Assembly (NCBI GenBank): GCA_030141605.1 | Contig: JAQGDQ010000688.1 | Span: forward strand, 48,283 to 112,282 | DNA length: 64,000 nucleotides | Source: Tubiluchus corallicola | Lineage: Eukaryota > Animalia > Priapulida | Direction of reading: 5' to 3' | In this document: one piece after another, positions 50,659-64,000 of the stretch | Numbering within the stretch: position 1 is the stretch's first letter | Layout of the letters: each line of letters opens with the position of its first letter | Program-made: the position numbers and the translations under genes | Notes under the pieces: generated by a model | Seen by the model: only the letters and a program-made list of their open reading frames with translations | What the model was told of the DNA's origin: nothing | Databases searched by the model: none

Positions 50659-50917
50659 AAGATTCAGTTCTACACAAAAACAAAATAATGTTCTAACCAA
50701 GATCATCTGATAATTTTAACGTTTTCTTAGTGGTTTTTATATAAAAGGAAATTGGGTGTGAATGTGTCATTTCTGAACAAAGTCTGGAAGTTGATTTCCA
50801 GTATTTTACCCGCTAGATGGCGCCAGCAATATTTAGTCCTTAGTTATGGCAACGTTTGCGTTTAGTTATCATTTCACTACGGAGCATTGTTTACAAATTC
50901 AGTATTACAGAAACGAT

Positions 50918-51465
50918 GCAGTATCCAAGGAAGCCGTTGTTGCACACTGTATCCAAGGAAGCCATTGTTAGCACGCGGCATCCAAGGAAGCCGTTGTTGC
51001 ACACTGTATCCAAGGAAGCCATTGTTAGCACACGGTGTGCAAGGAAGCTGTTGCAAGCACATGGTATCCAAGGAAGCTGTTGCTAGCACACGGTGTGCAA
51101 GGAAGCTGTTGCAAGCACATGGTATCCAAGGAAGCTGTTGCTAGCACACGGTGTGCAAGGAAGCAGTTGCTAGAACACGGTATCCAAGAAAGCTGTTGCT
51201 AGCACATGGTGTCCAAGGAAGCCATTGTTAGCACCCGGTCTGCAAGGAAGCTGTTGCTAGCACACGGTATCCAAGGAAGTCGTTGTTAGTACACGGTGTG
51301 CAAGGAAGCTGTTGCTAGCACACTGTATCCAAGGAAGCCATTCCTAGCACACGGTGTCCAAGGAAACCATTGCTAGCACATGGTGTCCAAGGAAGCTGTT
51401 GCTAGCACACGGTATCCAAGGAAGCCATTGTTAGCACACGGTATCCAAGGAAGCCATTGCTAGGA
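50918..51465 (-). repeat. 29-bp minisatellite, ~19 copies, same family as 32493-32800
   Basis: GTATCCAAGGAAGCCATTGCTAGCACACG-type units. Confidence 0.92.
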
Positions 51466-52758
51466 CATTTGTTTAGCCTGTGATTATCCGAAATTTCATG
51501 AGCAAAACCGAACAAAATGTTTGGGGGGAAAATACAACTTTAAGGCTCGACTCCATTAGGAAGGAAGCCATGAATTTAAAAAAATTACTGTCAAATTTTA
51601 AGTTACGTTTAGCTATTTTAATTAAAGAAAATTTAATTTACGTTAAATTTGACCTATAAAGATTTTAGTGAAAGCTTTAATAATGTGTGAATTTGTAAAC
51701 GTTACACAAAATATCGCTCCACAAACAAGTACATTTAAAAAGATCAAAATAATAAATATACTGGGTTAAACTGTGTATCTATTGTACGCACCAATAATGC
51801 TGTTATATGATGCTAATTTATTGAAAGTTATGAAAACGGAAAGCTAATCGGACGCACATAATCCAGCAGTTTTGTCAAAAAACAAGTTAGTTTGATAAAA
51901 AACGACGATTTTGGCAGTAAGAATTTTCAGCAATTTCTCTCGCTTATCAAAAGCCTTGTGAGTCATGACTGGCGAAAATAGGAGAAATCTTCAGAAGAGT
52001 TGAAAGATCATGGAAGTTTAGCTACGCCACCTATCGGAGCTGCTGTAAAACAATTACAAAAGCATAGAATTGAGAAATCCGACCAATACCAAACATTAAA
52101 ATAAAACTAGAACTGCTCCATTTTGTCGTGGAGTGAGCGAAATTCAAGAACATCCAGCTTCGACGAAATTTCAAGTTGGAAACCCAAGTGACAGAACGCA
52201 GGTTTCGGCCGCGCTGTACAGCAGCCAGACAGGCGGCTTTACTGTCCGGCCCTTTCTTAAATTTAGTAATTAGAGAAGGGTTGGTACAAAAATTTGCTTA
52301 CTTTCCATACCTTGAGGTAAACATACTGTAAATTTGTATGCTAATTTTATGACTAAAATACCAGAATGACCACACCATGCCATCCTTGGACAGAACTGGC
52401 CGCAGCAAAGAGACCGTTCTGTACAGTCCACATACTACGTGCTACACCACTGACCAAGACATGCCAGCTAAACTGTTAAATTCGCTGCGGTTTCATTAAC
52501 GTTCAACAGAATTGTAATTTCGCATGCACTAGCTAGTTAACATTAATACTGATTTTCTATTCAAAATTCAAAACTGTCGATAAAATTATCTAAATTTTCG
52601 AGATACATTTAAACGGTTACGTTCTGTTTCGTACAATTTCGTGACAGCCAAATCGTCGGTAGACTAACTTTATGCAAGAACTTTACATATGGCCGCACGT
52701 GAATCAAAACTGGGCAGTGCACTGTTAATGATTTCACTAACAAAATAACTGGTAGTCA

Positions 52759-53323
52759 AGCCAGGGTTTCGCGGGGTTACGAAGAGCAAAAAAATTTCCA
52801 ATCGCCAAAAAAATTCCTACAACTGTGTTTATTCCCAAATCACTCGTGTGGAGGTCGACATAATTTCGTTTGAATTTTGCCACATTGTTGCAAATTTCAG
52901 ACTTGGTTCTCCGGCGAAAATCGCGAGAAGGTTGCACGAATCTTGCGCGTCACGTTGGCGCAGGCTCAGCAACTTCTGCGACTCTTACTATTATTCTACG
53001 ATAACGCTGCACGACAAACGCGCGTGTACATTGTGATCATTTCATGATAGTTTCAAAAATTTTTGAATTTTTTCAGTTTTTCCCTGCAGAGCAACGGAGT
53101 TTCTCCCTAAAATGTCGAAAAATGGTCGCAAAGTCATCAGACAGCACTCTCACAATCGTCTTAAAATGTTCAAATTTGCAAAATTTCAAATGTCTGACGA
53201 ACACAGGGAGGACCTGGCGACGCAGGTTTGGCACGTGTTCACTCTACGGATGACTTTATAACAGTTTGAAGAAGCTTTGCAGAGAAGTTTTCAGATAGTC
53301 GCAAACCCCGTGTCACCCTGGCT
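52759..53323. mobile_element. Harbinger-like MITE just 3' of the GRB2 stop
   Basis: Imperfect ~25-bp TIR AGCCAGGGTTTCGCGGGGTTACGA / TCGCAAACCCCGTGTCACCCTGGCT. Confidence 0.65.
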
Positions 53324-53415
53324 TTAACAATTGTGCAATTTCATTTAATGTTAATTAGTCTCAGGGTCTATATTCCTCAACATGGTGACTATCATAGGTA
53401 TCACAATTACTGCCC

Positions 53416-62502
<9,087 letters not shown>

Positions 62503-62817
62503 TTAGCGACTAATTAATAAGTAAAACTCACGGTTAAATGCGTAATAATTAATTATACCTGTACCAGGTGCTAATAACTACAAATACAGCTCATAATAGA
62601 GTAACAGACATTCTTTTTGAATTCAAAAATAATAAACAATCTTTTTGAATTAAACAAATAAACAAGCTTTTTTGCTGAATATAAAAATAGTAAATAAACA
62701 TTCTTTTTGAATGTAAAAAGAATAAAATATGTATACAGGTATATTAAACTCAAAATAAAGTAGATTTAAGTACACATTTTTTGTACCCCTTCCCATACGA
62801 ATTTAAATAAGACAAGG

Positions 62818-64000
62818 AATCTAGTCAACGTACTAACCGTACCGCAATCAAGTCAACGTACTAATCGTACCGTAATCTAGTCAACGTACTAATCGTACCC
62901 TGATCTAGTCAACGTACTAATCGTAACCTAATCTAGTCAACATGCTAATCTTACCCTAATCTAGTCAACGTACTAATCTTACCCTAATCTAGTCAACGTA
63001 CTAATCGTACCCTAATCTAGTCAACATGCTAATCGTACCCTAATCTAGTCAACGTACTAATCGTACCCTAAACTAGTCAACGTACTAATCGTACCCTAAT
63101 CTAGTCAACGTACTAATCGTACCCTAATCTAGTCAACGTACTAATCGTACCCTAATCTAGTCAACGTACTAATCGTACCCTAATCTAGTCAACGTACTAA
63201 TCGTACCCTAATCTAGTCAACGTACTAATCGTACCCTAATCTAGTCAACATACTAATCGTAACCTAATCTAGTCAACATGCTAATCTTACCCTAATCTAG
63301 TCAACGTACTAATCTTACCCTAATCTAGTCAACGTACTAATCGTACCCTAATCTAGTCAACGTACTAATCGTACCCTAAACTAGTCAACGTACTAATCGT
63401 ACCCTAATCTAGTCAACGTACTAATCGTACCCTAATCTAGTCAACGTACTAATCGTACCCTAATCTAGTCAACGTACTAATCATACCCTAATCTAGTCAA
63501 CGTACTAATCGTACACTAATCTAGTCAACGTACTAATCTTACCCTAATCTAGTCAACGTACTAATCGTACCCTAATCTAGTCAACGTACTAATCGTAACC
63601 AAATCTAGTCAACGTACTAATCATACCCTAATCTAGTCAACGTACTAATCGTACCCTAATCTAGTCAACGTACTAATCGTACCCAAATCTAGTCAACATA
63701 GTAATCGTACCCTAATCTAGTCAACGTACTAATCGTACCCTAATTTAGTCAACGTACTAATCGTACCCTAATCTAGTCGACATACTAATCGTACCCTAAT
63801 TTAGTCAACGTACTAATCGTACCCTAATCTAGTCAACATACTAATCGTACCCTAATCTAATAAACGTACTAATCGTACCCTAATCTAGTCAACGTACTAA
63901 TCATACCCTAATCTAGTCAACGTACTAATCGTAGTCTAATCTAGTCAACGTACTAATCGTACCCAAATCTAGTCAACATAGTAATCGTACCCTAATCTAG
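62818..64000 (+). repeat. 28-bp minisatellite AATCTAGTCAACGTACTAATCGTACCCT, ~42 copies, runs off the window
   Basis: Period read directly. Confidence 0.97.

Noticed and set aside
47240-53415. ~6-kb GRB2 3'UTR ending near a minus-strand AATAAA at ~47255
   Set aside because: Composition is suggestive, but several AATAAA candidates exist; cannot be fixed without transcript data.
62818-64000. True telomere
   Set aside because: C-rich motif is on the + strand toward the right end (wrong polarity), and GRB2 5' exons must lie further right.

Overview
AT-rich, intron- and repeat-rich animal (invertebrate-like) genomic DNA; no prokaryotic features. It holds two convergent genes. (1) A complete epsin (EPN1/2/3, lqf family) on the + strand: 10 coding exons from 6844 to 40585 splice into one 555-aa ORF with ENTH, 2 UIMs, clathrin boxes, DPW repeats and 3 NPF motifs. 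(2) The 3' part of a GRB2/drk adaptor on the - strand: SH2 and C-terminal SH3 exons at 62476-62354, 56988-56823 and 53595-53416; the N-SH3 exons lie beyond the window. Introns and the intergenic space contain many non-autonomous DNA transposons (Kolobok-, hAT-, Tigger/pogo-, piggyBac-, Harbinger- and Helitron-like), LINE 3' ends and minisatellites. Almost all other ORF-track entries are repeat artefacts. Highlights: a TSD-bounded retroposon with a 5S rRNA head and RTE-like bipartite body; possibly ancient epsin-GRB2 linkage; two inverted duplications anchored on one MITE family; a MITE containing a copy of its own flank; satellites expanding inside MITEs. Transposon family labels rest on terminal and TSD signatures or recalled similarity, not database searches.
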